A stretch of DNA of 64,000 nucleotides from Bacteroidales bacterium. Lineage in GTDB: Bacteria > Bacteroidota > Bacteroidia > Bacteroidales > F082. The stretch's first letter is position 1. Each line of letters opens with the position of its first letter. The notes beneath the pieces are model-generated. The model did no database searches. It worked only from the letters and a program-made list of their open reading frames with translations, and had not been told where the DNA came from. Position numbers and translations under genes: made by a program. The DNA lies in NCBI GenBank assembly GCA_015491905.1, contig WGGC01000066.1, positions 3,833-67,832 of the forward strand, written 5' to 3'. Shown here in pieces: positions 1 to 8,243 of the stretch.

Positions 1-141
1 TACATCTACTCCTCCGGCAGCTTCTTTTATTGAATTTTCATGTGTCATAAAGCTTTCAATTCCTTGCTCTTCAAGCATAGCACTAAGCAATTGTGCCCGC
101 ATCTGAGTAAGTGTGGCCAGTATTTGTAATTTATTTTTCAT
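1..141 (-). CDS. Partial CDS (N-terminus only): DUF2007-like N-terminal domain, probably the Bacteroidetes universal-stress-family protein
   Basis: Hand translation from ATG at 141 gives MKNKLQILATLTQMRAQLLSAMLEEQGIESFMTHENSIKEAAGGVDV, open to the window edge. It fits the DUF2007 pattern (A..L...Le..GI.sf). Confidence 0.6.
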   Translation of the reverse strand, partial: MKNKLQILATLTQMRAQLLSAMLEEQGIESFMTHENSIKEAAGGVDV

Positions 142-320
142 TACTAAATAACTTGAATTTCAATAGGTAAATATAATAAATTTTGCCTTTAAAGGTAAGT
201 AAAGGTTGTTTATTAGTAATTTTGCCGTCTTATTTAAGTAATCTTATTATAAGTTTATATTGTAATGATATTTTTTACAGTAAATATTATAAGATTAAAG
301 ACATATAAATTTATAAAGAA

Positions 321-1148
321 ATGAACAAAAAAAAAGGTAAGCCTTCTTCAGATAAGGGGAAAAAGAAAAATTTTAAATCCGGAGCTGCAAAATATAAAAA
401 TAAGAACCGGCAACAGAAATTAAGTCAGAAAGATACGGGTTTAATAAGGCTTAATAAATATATTGCTGATGCAGGGATTTGTTCCAGAAGAGAAGCGGAT
501 AAATTAATAGAAAGTGGTGCTGTATCTGTAAATGGGAAAGTAGTATCTCAAGTAGGGACAAAAGTAGAGCCTACCGACAAAGTACAGCTTGGTACTCAAA
601 CGCTCAAACGTGAAAAATTGCAATATTTGTTATTAAATAAACCAAAAGATTTTATTACCACCTCCAAAGATCCCCAAAATCGTAAAACCGTTATGCAACT
701 TGTTGAAAAGGCATGTGAAGAAAGGATTTACCCTGTAGGGAGATTAGACAGGAATACTACCGGATTATTATTGTTTACCAATGACGGCGATTTGGCAAAA
801 AAATTAATGCATCCCAGTTCTTCCGTTAAAAAGATTTATCATGTTTTCTTAGATAAAAATTTTAGTAAAAACGATATGCTGAAAGTTGCACAGGGCATAA
901 CATTGGAAGATGGAATAATTTTACCCGATAAAATTGCATATGTTGATGGTGTTGAAGATAAAAAACAAGTTGGTATTGAACTACATTCAGGTAAAAACAG
1001 AATAGTAAGGAGAATTTTTGAACATTTGGGATATAAAGTAAATAAATTGGACCGTGTTTTGTTTGCTGGGTTAACAAAAAAGGATTTGCCACGTGGTAAA
1101 TGGAGGTTCCTGACAAAAAAAGAAATAGATTTGCTTAAACGTCTATAA
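321..1148 (+). CDS. rluB: 23S rRNA pseudouridine synthase (RluB/RluF family, S4 domain)
   Basis: S4 motif RLNKYIADAGICSRREAD; catalytic VGRLDRNTTGLLL; GKNRIVRR. Confidence 0.9.
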   Translation: MNKKKGKPSSDKGKKKNFKSGAAKYKNKNRQQKLSQKDTGLIRLNKYIADAGICSRREADKLIESGAVSVNGKVVSQVGTKVEPTDKVQLGTQTLKREKLQYLLLNKPKDFITTSKDPQNRKTVMQLVEKACEERIYPVGRLDRNTTGLLLFTNDGDLAKKLMHPSSSVKKIYHVFLDKNFSKNDMLKVAQGITLEDGIILPDKIAYVDGVEDKKQVGIELHSGKNRIVRRIFEHLGYKVNKLDRVLFAGLTKKDLPRGKWRFLTKKEIDLLKRL

Positions 1149-1261
1149 AAATTTAAAAGACATATATATTTCATAATTTAATCATCTATTTTTCTGTGAA
1201 AATTTTAATTTTGTTAATGATTTTTGTGGATAACAGCTTATAGCATCACAATAAAAAATTA

Positions 1262-2749
1262 TTGCTTATGGATTATATGCAGAGTAAAGTAAAAATTTAC
1301 CGTCAGAAGGTTTCTTTTGTTCCATTACAAAGTAGGGTAATAACAAAAGTTTTTGACCTTGATAAAGTAAGAATATATAAGATTTTTGATCGAATTTTAA
1401 AGCTTTCAGATAAAGAACGACAGAAAATATTAAATCAGGCTATTCATAATTTTAAAAATCGTCATAAAAATATTCAAAGAATATTTAAAGATAACTTTGA
1501 TACCATTGTTAGTAGATTGGAAATAACCATTTATAATAGTTTGTCCTTGGAGAAAAAACTTACAATAGGAGCTTATTTTACTCTTGAATATTCTATTGAA
1601 GCGGCAGCTCTTTTTAATCCATCAATGGTTCCTCATCCTTTTCAAAATCCAAAAGAGCTGGGTGAAGATGAATTGAAAGTAATTATCAGCTTTCGTGCAG
1701 TAGGCGAAGGTCATATGTCGTCTATAGTATTTAGGAGTGGGATTATTGATAAAAATGGAGATATTCGAATGGACCCGGGAAGTCCACTTGTTGAGAACGC
1801 AAAAATTATTCACTCAGTTGAATACAAAAAGGCGGATTTTGCTCACAAACTTACTGATATGGGGGAATACGAATGTGTACGTGAAATATTCGATGAGTTG
1901 TTGGAGTCATTTACCTATGATGAGTTAAAAGAAAGTATCCGGATATTTCGTGAAAAACATAAACCTACTCAAAAACAGGAAGAAGCCATAGACCTTATGC
2001 GGTGGATTGTAAGGTCAAATTATGAAATAGAATTTGATGACGAATCAGATGTTTCGGAAAGAGTTATATTTCCAAGGTCAACAACAGATGTGCGAGCTAT
2101 AGAGGATGCCAGGTTCGTTTCTTTTGATCAGGGAGATGGAACTACTATTTTTTATGCTCCTTATACAGCTTACAATGGAGTTTCTATTTTACCTCAGTTA
2201 ATTGAAACACGCGACTTTTTTCGTTTCCGTATTTCTACAATGACAGGCCCTGGCTCTCAAAATAAAGGAATGGCTTTATTTCCTGAAAAAATAAATGGAA
2301 AATATGCAATAGTTTCACGTAATGATAATGAAAACCTGTATATTATGTATAGTGATAAATTATCTTACTGGGAAAATCCTATTTTAATTCGCGAACCAAA
2401 ATATCCATGGGAATTTATTCAAATAGGAAATAGCGGTTCGCCATTAAAAACAAAAAAAGGCTGGTTGTTGCTAACTCATGGCGTAGGCCCGGTACGTACT
2501 TATTCTCTGGGAGCTGTTTTACTTGATTTAAAAGATCCTACCAAAATAATTGCTGAATTAAAAGACCCGTTACTTATTCCTACGGAAAAGGAAAGAAATG
2601 GTTATGTGCCAAATGTGGTTTATGCATGTGGAGGAATTATTCACAATGGCTGGGTTGTACTACCATATGCTGCTTCTGATACACGGTCGGGTATTGTAAA
2701 ATTTAAACTGGATGACCTTATAAATCAAATGGTTCCTGTAAAAGAATAA
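1262..2749 (+). CDS. Glycoside hydrolase family 130-like protein (5-bladed beta-propeller glycosidase/phosphorylase) with N-terminal extension
   Basis: ALFNPS, SFRAVGEGHMSSI, IEDARFV, NKGMALFP, GNSGSP, THGVG and VPNVVYACG motifs. The true start may be ATG 1268 or 1277. Confidence 0.8.
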   Translation: MLMDYMQSKVKIYRQKVSFVPLQSRVITKVFDLDKVRIYKIFDRILKLSDKERQKILNQAIHNFKNRHKNIQRIFKDNFDTIVSRLEITIYNSLSLEKKLTIGAYFTLEYSIEAAALFNPSMVPHPFQNPKELGEDELKVIISFRAVGEGHMSSIVFRSGIIDKNGDIRMDPGSPLVENAKIIHSVEYKKADFAHKLTDMGEYECVREIFDELLESFTYDELKESIRIFREKHKPTQKQEEAIDLMRWIVRSNYEIEFDDESDVSERVIFPRSTTDVRAIEDARFVSFDQGDGTTIFYAPYTAYNGVSILPQLIETRDFFRFRISTMTGPGSQNKGMALFPEKINGKYAIVSRNDNENLYIMYSDKLSYWENPILIREPKYPWEFIQIGNSGSPLKTKKGWLLLTHGVGPVRTYSLGAVLLDLKDPTKIIAELKDPLLIPTEKERNGYVPNVVYACGGIIHNGWVVLPYAASDTRSGIVKFKLDDLINQMVPVKE

Positions 2750-2781
2750 AAATAATATTATAAACTTCTAAAATTAAATAA

Positions 2782-3738
2782 ATGAATGCTCTGGAGCAAT
2801 TGAAGAAACTTACAATAGTAGTGGCAGATACCGGTGATTTTCAGTCAATGAAAAAATATCAACCTAGAGATGCCACTACAAATCCTTCTCTTATATTACA
2901 ATCAGCATTAAATCCTCAGTATAAAGAATTAATTGATGATGCTATTGTTTATGCCAAATCTTTTAATGGTGATGAAAATAAAAAACTTCAAAAAGGAATT
3001 CAGAAACTGTTTGTAAACTTTGGTCTGGAAATATTAAAAATCGTCCCTGGCAGAGTCTCAACGGAAGTAGATGCCCGGTTATCTTTTCGAATTTATGATA
3101 CCATTGCCTATGCTAAAAATATAATCCGTTTGTATGAAAAGGAAGGAATTTCACGTGAACGGATATTAATAAAAGTGGCTGCTACGTGGGAAGGGGTGAA
3201 AGCTGCTGAAATATTGGAAAAAGAAGGAATCCATACAAATTTAACCTTGTTATTCAGCTTAACACAAGCAATTGCTTGCGCTGAGGCCGGCGTAAAATTA
3301 ATTTCTCCTTTTGTTGGCCGTATTCTCGACTGGTATAAAAAAGAAAAGAATGTAGATTATATTCCTGCTCCTCAGGATCCCGGTGTCCATTCACTTATTG
3401 AAATTTATAATTACTATAAAAAGTTTAATTATAAAACTGAAATTATGGGAGCCAGTTTTCGTAATAAAGAGGAAATTCTTGAGCTGGCAGGATGTGACCT
3501 GTTGACAATCTCCCCAAAACTACTGGAAGAGTTGGAAAATACTAATACTGTTGTAGAAAGGAAATTAAGTCCGGAAAATGCTAAAAACATTAATATGGAT
3601 AAAGTGGAATTAAATGAAATGGCTTTCCGTTGGAACCTGAATGAAAATCCTATGGCAACCGAAAAACTTGCTGAAGGAATAAGAAAATTTAGTAATGATA
3701 TCAAAGAACTTGAAAAAGTTATATATAAAGAGTTATAA
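2782..3738 (+). CDS. tal: Transaldolase
   Basis: VVADTGDF, DATTNPSLI, GRVSTEVDARLS, ILIKVAATWEG, NLTLLFS, ISPFVGRILDW, MGASFRN. Confidence 0.97.
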   Translation: MNALEQLKKLTIVVADTGDFQSMKKYQPRDATTNPSLILQSALNPQYKELIDDAIVYAKSFNGDENKKLQKGIQKLFVNFGLEILKIVPGRVSTEVDARLSFRIYDTIAYAKNIIRLYEKEGISRERILIKVAATWEGVKAAEILEKEGIHTNLTLLFSLTQAIACAEAGVKLISPFVGRILDWYKKEKNVDYIPAPQDPGVHSLIEIYNYYKKFNYKTEIMGASFRNKEEILELAGCDLLTISPKLLEELENTNTVVERKLSPENAKNINMDKVELNEMAFRWNLNENPMATEKLAEGIRKFSNDIKELEKVIYKEL

Positions 3739-3790
3739 TACAGGCAAAATTGATACTAAATAAAGAAGCGGTAAATTCATTAAAAAGTAT

Positions 3791-3798
3791 TATTTTTG
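3791..3798 (+). promoter_or_regulatory. Bacteroidetes -7 promoter element (TATTTTTG) for tRNA-Arg
   Basis: Matches TAnnTTTG, 12 nt before the tRNA 5' end. Confidence 0.6.
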
Positions 3799-3810
3799 CA
3801 TTCCCTAAGA

Positions 3811-3882
3811 GGCCTCATAGTTCAAGGGATAGAATAGGAGTTTCCTAAACTCTAGATCCAGGTTCGAGTCCTGGTGAGGCTA
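3811..3882 (+). tRNA. tRNA-Arg(CCT)
   Basis: Cloverleaf: acceptor GGCCTCA/TGAGGCT, anticodon arm GGAGT-TTCCTAA-ACTCT, T arm CAGG-TTCGAGT-CCTG. Confidence 0.95.
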
Positions 3883-3885
3883 CAA
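3867..3885 (+). repeat. attL core (3' end of tRNA-Arg, from the T-loop)
   Basis: Identical 19-mer at 11089-11107. Confidence 0.93.
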
Positions 3886-3940
3886 ATAAAAAACCATAAA
3901 CTTTTGATTTATAGTGTAAAATATATTTAACCGGTTGTTG

Positions 3941-3964
3941 TTGCACCGACTATTGCACCGACTT
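3941..3964 (+). repeat. Tandem integrase arm-type sites TTGCACCGAC-ta-TTGCACCGAC-tt
   Basis: 12-bp period; 23/24 identical copy at 10929-10952 in the same orientation. Confidence 0.8.
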
Positions 3965-4027
3965 CCCCGATTATTCCCGGATTTTTGACCTTTTGGGGGC
4001 GGTATCTATTCAATGAAATTTAATATC

Positions 4028-4091
4028 TTTGTCCTGCCTTGTGATTGAGGTAAAAGTTCAGGGGTAACCTTCCGGGGTTGCCCTTTTTGTT
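4028..4091 (+). ncRNA. Conserved 64-bp module: small hairpin plus intrinsic terminator (candidate sRNA or element-borne tRNA terminator)
   Basis: TATCTTTG at 4024-4031; stems TGCCT/AGGTA and GGGTAACCT/GGGTTGCCC followed by TTTTTGTT; 56/64 identical copy at 11249-11312. Confidence 0.45.
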
Positions 4092-4359
4092 ACTGTATAA
4101 TTTTCTTAATATGATAATAAGGCGGGTTTTTCACAGTGTTGTGATAAATATGTTTAAGTAAACTATCTGATGAAAAAGATTTCAGACCGTATATTTATCC
4201 CCGGGGGCTCATTAAATCTAAACAAACATGAATATCCCCTACAAATCCGACTATAAAAAGTTTCAAAAGTTTCACTATTTTTAAGCAAAGATTCACTTTT
4301 TTGAAGGGGAGTAATATTTATGGGTAATCGTTAATCCGACTACGCAAAAATCCGCTATC

Positions 4360-5703
4360 CTATTTCTGTTGTGCTAAAAATCGTTTTAACTCTTGTAGTC
4401 TTTTGAGGTATGGTAAAAAGGTTCGTTTACCGTTGTTTGCTTTCACGGTGGCAAAGTGGCTTTCAATAAATAGTGAACAATCTGTTATTGTAGTGTCCCT
4501 GTTTAGCTTTAAGGGTTGGGCTGGTATTTCAATATTTGAAAAGTAGTTTTCCAGTTCTGTAATGTTATTGTCCCAGCTTTTGGATTTTTCTTTTACAATC
4601 TGTTCAACTGGTTCAGGTTTAAATACCTCAACCTTGGGTAACGGTTCAGGCTTTGGTGCTTTCTTTATGTCCTGCTTTCTGAATAATTGCCAATCCTGTT
4701 TAATTAGATAGTCTGCAATATCTTTGCCTTTCTCTTTGTCCTGCTGTGGGGCTAATCGCTCCAATAAGTCTGAAACGTGAAAGTATGTACCCTGTAAACG
4801 CTTTTGTATTTCGGTGGCTTTATTGCTCCATAACTCAAAGGCTTTGCCGTCTTTTGATAGGTCAGGAAACAAATAAACATTCCTGCCTTTTAATGCCTGG
4901 CACTTGTTGAGGTTTAAACTGCTCAAATTGTAAACTGCCAACCAGAGTAAGTTTGTAGGTTGTTCAGGAAAACCAAAATACAACGTGCTATAAACAGCCG
5001 TTTTAGGTGCTTCAACCAATGCAATAGGGTTGTGTGGGTATTTACTTAAAAGGTGTTCACCAAACAAACAGGAAACCTTTATTTCGTTCTTATTGTATGC
5101 TTCCAACCAGCCGGGCAACGGCTTATTGTTTCGGGTGTGGTGCTTTTCAATTATTGAGTGTAAAAAGTCTGTGCCGGTGGTGTGGTTCTGTTCGTTAAAC
5201 TGTTTTACTTGTATTGCTCTAATATTACCCCGAACATCAATAAAAGGAAATGTTACCGCCCCTTTACGGTATCCGTTCTGCACCGTACCTAAACGGTACA
5301 ATGAAACAATCTTTTCAATGTCCTTTACTTCAAAAGGGAAGGCAACCTTTGCAAGTAAGTTTTGAATAAATACGTTCTGTTCATATCCCGAAAGTGTTTG
5401 TTTAAATACCTCAATTGGAATGAATACAGGTTTTGGCTGTGGTTTCTTTTGTTGTTTTGGTAGCTGTGGTTTCCGGTCTATTTTATTACCGTGTTCCTGC
5501 TCCCATATTGCTTTTGCGTAACCATCTTTGTACGGGTTGAGGTGGTAAGAACATTTACTTTCACGGTCGCAACGTCCGTACTGTTCGGGTAAATAGTCGC
5601 CCGTTTCTGTATCAATGTATTTAACAAATGACTTTTTACCACACAGGGGGCAGATAAACTTTCTGCTTCCATGTTCTAATTTGTATCTATACTCTGTATT
5701 CAT
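4360..5703 (-). CDS. Zn-ribbon plus TOPRIM-like protein (DUF6371/PG0870-related family), putative primase
   Basis: N-terminal CPLCGKK...CDRESKCSYH zinc ribbon; ALVEAPKTA and YLFPD acidic TOPRIM-type motifs; DIADYL; C-terminal helical domain. Confidence 0.7.
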   Translation of the reverse strand: MNTEYRYKLEHGSRKFICPLCGKKSFVKYIDTETGDYLPEQYGRCDRESKCSYHLNPYKDGYAKAIWEQEHGNKIDRKPQLPKQQKKPQPKPVFIPIEVFKQTLSGYEQNVFIQNLLAKVAFPFEVKDIEKIVSLYRLGTVQNGYRKGAVTFPFIDVRGNIRAIQVKQFNEQNHTTGTDFLHSIIEKHHTRNNKPLPGWLEAYNKNEIKVSCLFGEHLLSKYPHNPIALVEAPKTAVYSTLYFGFPEQPTNLLWLAVYNLSSLNLNKCQALKGRNVYLFPDLSKDGKAFELWSNKATEIQKRLQGTYFHVSDLLERLAPQQDKEKGKDIADYLIKQDWQLFRKQDIKKAPKPEPLPKVEVFKPEPVEQIVKEKSKSWDNNITELENYFSNIEIPAQPLKLNRDTTITDCSLFIESHFATVKANNGKRTFLPYLKRLQELKRFLAQQK

Positions 5704-5750
5704 ACTGCTTGAATTCCTGTTAAAAAAAGTTTTTTTTAAGGGCTAACTTT

Positions 5751-5795
5751 AGTAACTTTAGTAACTATCGAGTTATTTTCGTTACTAAAGTTACT
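5751..5795. repeat. Perfect 15-bp inverted repeat of tandem 9-mers (putative replication origin)
   Basis: AGTAACTTTAGTAAC (5751-5765), 15-bp spacer, GTTACTAAAGTTACT (5781-5795), immediately downstream of the helicase stop codon. Confidence 0.7.
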
Positions 5796-5815
5796 GTCTA
5801 AACAAATCTTTTTTT

Positions 5816-7303
5816 TTACCAATCCGAATTATTATTTTCCACATAAGCCGCCAGTTTATTCCCCGTAACTCTTTCAATTAAAACCCCAAACCCTTTTAGT
5901 CGTTTAATAAAATTAGACTTGTTCACGGGCTTAAAGCCATCTTCTATACAATAGTTTCTGTATTCTATGTATAGTTCTTTTATCAGCCTGTAATCAGTGG
6001 GGCTGCTTTGGTAGTTGTTTTCATCAATAAACATCTTTACACTATCGGACTGGCTTTTGTATTGCTCAACTGCTTGTTTTACTGCCCCACTATCTGTAAA
6101 GCTTTTTTGCTTCAATAGTCTATTAAGCCCATCCAGTACCCAATTAAAAACGCCTGAAAGTTCATTTTCAATTATTTTGGCATGTAGCTGTTTATCCTGT
6201 TCATGTTCGGGTATGGTAACATCAAAAGGAATAATCAAAAAACGTCTGAAATAAGCGTCTGTATGCTCAACATCTTTGGGTAACTCATTACTGTTAAATA
6301 TTAGTTTGGCATATTGTTTCAAAATAAATGGCTGCCCATACGGCAAGCGGGCTTCAACTGGTTCACCTGAAACCAATTGTTTAAATAAACTACTTTCCAA
6401 TTTTCCGTTAATCTCACTGCCATAATTTACCAACTTATTAGCCAGTTTCGCCCTGAAATAACCGTTATCATTTGTAAGGCTTTGCAATGAATAATTACTT
6501 GTATTCTCTGCTCCCAATAAAGCGCTCACAACTTCAAAAAACACGCTTTTCCCATTTGCTCCAGTACCGTAAAGTATTAACGCCTTTTCTTCTTTCAGTC
6601 TATTACTACCGTGCTTTATAAAAACAAAACCCAAATATTCAGCTAAAACCTTTTGGCGTTCTATGTCGGGCAATACCCTGTTTAAATAGGCTTCAAATAT
6701 CGGTGCTTTTGCCTGTGGGTCATATTCAAATGGTAATTGATAGGTGAGAAAATCTGAACGGTCAAACGGTCTTAATTGCGTACCTTTTGGGCTAACTTCA
6801 AACGTGCCGTTTTGCAAATTGATTAATACCTTATTTACCAAAGGTGGTTTTAGTTCAAGGTATGCAGTACCTAAAAACTGTTCAAAAAGTTCTTTTCTGA
6901 ATTTATAATACCGTGCTGAAAAGGTAGGAACGCCCATTTTTTCGGCTGCCTTTCCTAAAAACTTTTGAAATGTTTCTTTGTCCAGTTCAGCCCAGTGAGT
7001 ACCATTGAATAAATAAATGAAATCGTGGTTCTTGCATAAGCCCCAACGGTTGTTTTCTGCTTTCCGTAAGACGTTTTCAATAGATAAAACAGTATAATGC
7101 TTATTTGTTAGTTTAAAGTTTTCGGCACTGTGAGGGTTTGCCATTGCTTCAAAGTCCAACGGTTCAAACTGTTCAAGTAATTGGCTTAATATTTCATCGT
7201 GTGGGGTTGCTGTGGTATTTGTTATTTCCTGAACATGGTTTAAAATCGGTTTAGATTGCTGCAAGTCCTCGCCAAAATCTGGGTTTATCTTAATGGCTTC
7301 CAT
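5816..7303 (-). CDS. P4-family D5_N + SF3 replicative helicase (usually annotated 'phage/plasmid primase, P4 family')
   Basis: INLQNGT, Walker A GTGANGKS, FKQLVSGEPVEAR, IFNSNELP, AYFRRFLIIPF. Start moved to ATG 7303 (MEAIKINP), which follows AAAGGAG. Confidence 0.9.
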   Translation of the reverse strand: MEAIKINPDFGEDLQQSKPILNHVQEITNTTATPHDEILSQLLEQFEPLDFEAMANPHSAENFKLTNKHYTVLSIENVLRKAENNRWGLCKNHDFIYLFNGTHWAELDKETFQKFLGKAAEKMGVPTFSARYYKFRKELFEQFLGTAYLELKPPLVNKVLINLQNGTFEVSPKGTQLRPFDRSDFLTYQLPFEYDPQAKAPIFEAYLNRVLPDIERQKVLAEYLGFVFIKHGSNRLKEEKALILYGTGANGKSVFFEVVSALLGAENTSNYSLQSLTNDNGYFRAKLANKLVNYGSEINGKLESSLFKQLVSGEPVEARLPYGQPFILKQYAKLIFNSNELPKDVEHTDAYFRRFLIIPFDVTIPEHEQDKQLHAKIIENELSGVFNWVLDGLNRLLKQKSFTDSGAVKQAVEQYKSQSDSVKMFIDENNYQSSPTDYRLIKELYIEYRNYCIEDGFKPVNKSNFIKRLKGFGVLIERVTGNKLAAYVENNNSDW

Positions 7304-7532
7304 GGTTATCTCCTTTCTGCAAAGTGTACAACTGTGGGTTGTTCTCAATTAAAACCTTCGGCATCCCTATCCAAAGGCCACGGCCATAATTCAAGGTGTA
7401 ACCGTTTTCAGTTTCAATAAAATAATGTTTTTTGCCGGAAGGAAGTCCCAGCTTTTTAGGCATGTTTACTTGGAATTTTTTCTTATCTTTGCGCTGGTTC
7501 TGCCTGTCTTCGGATGGGCTTTTTTTATTCAT
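7290..7532 (-). CDS. Small basic hypothetical protein (80 aa), translationally coupled
   Basis: Overlaps the upstream stop and the downstream start; AAAGGAGG 8 nt before its ATG. Confidence 0.55.
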   Translation of the reverse strand: MNKKSPSEDRQNQRKDKKKFQVNMPKKLGLPSGKKHYFIETENGYTLNYGRGLWIGMPKVLIENNPQLYTLQKGDNHGSH

Positions 7533-7860
7533 CTCTCTGTCCTCCTTTGTTTATTAGTGCTTGTTCGACATCTGATCTCCTATATCGCACCTTACTGCCT
7601 ATTCTGACAGGCTTTAGTACATTTTTGTTATCCCAATGCCATAGAGTTGTGAGAGTTACTGATAGCATTTCTGCAACTTGTTGCCGGGTTAATAGTTCGT
7701 CCGGTTCATTTTGGGCTTGTATGCGGGCTTCAACCTCTTGTGCGGTATCTTGTACCAATTTATCGGCAAAGCTTATAAGATCGCTTCCGCTTACTTGTAA
7801 TGTGATGCTTTTTGCAATTTCCGGATATTGCTTTAATATTTTTATATCTATTGTTTTCAT
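7525..7860 (-). CDS. Helix-turn-helix (MerR/Xis-type, HTH_17) DNA-binding protein
   Basis: LLTRQQVAEMLSVTLTTLWHWDNKNVLKPVRIGSKVRYRRSDVE. Start set at MKTIDIK (7860), right after the upstream stop. Confidence 0.85.
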   Translation of the reverse strand: MKTIDIKILKQYPEIAKSITLQVSGSDLISFADKLVQDTAQEVEARIQAQNEPDELLTRQQVAEMLSVTLTTLWHWDNKNVLKPVRIGSKVRYRRSDVEQALINKGGQRDE

Positions 7861-7861
7861 T

Positions 7862-8089
7862 TTATTTTTCTTTGGTTGGTTCATGTTTACTACTTAATAA
7901 CCATTTGTCAATCTCTAAGCGATCGAAAAACAGAATCTTTCCTCCAGGTCGGCTATAAGGGACAACCCCCTTTCTTACCAACACATATAGATAGGCTTTA
8001 CTAATTCCAGTATAGGCGGCAAGTTCATCCATGTTAAACACCCTTTTTTGAGAGAGGTCGATTTCCGTAGTTTTAAGTTGTTTTTCCAT
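7862..8089 (-). CDS. Excisionase/AlpA-like HTH protein
   Basis: FNMDELAAYTGISKAYLYVLVRKGVVPYSRPGGKILFFDRLEIDKWL. Confidence 0.88.
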   Translation of the reverse strand: MEKQLKTTEIDLSQKRVFNMDELAAYTGISKAYLYVLVRKGVVPYSRPGGKILFFDRLEIDKWLLSSKHEPTKEK

Positions 8090-8225
8090 AATATTTATTA
8101 TTATTTATTGCATTTATAATGTGGTAATTATGCAGCAATAATATATATTATACACCCAAAGGATAGGTAATAATTACACTAATAAAGGAAATTATCACGT
8201 AATATACTCGGGTCAAATTATTTGC

Positions 8226-8233
8226 TATATTTG
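8226..8233 (+). promoter_or_regulatory. -7 promoter element TATATTTG for the lipoprotein gene
   Basis: TAnnTTTG consensus 10 nt before the ATG at 8244. Confidence 0.5.
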
Positions 8234-8243
8234 AAAAAACATT

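Noticed and set aside
3941-3964. Tandem repeats here, at 10929 and at 11163 as CRISPR arrays
   Set aside because: Only two 10-11-bp units each, with 1-2-bp spacers and no cas genes; they fit integrase arm sites.
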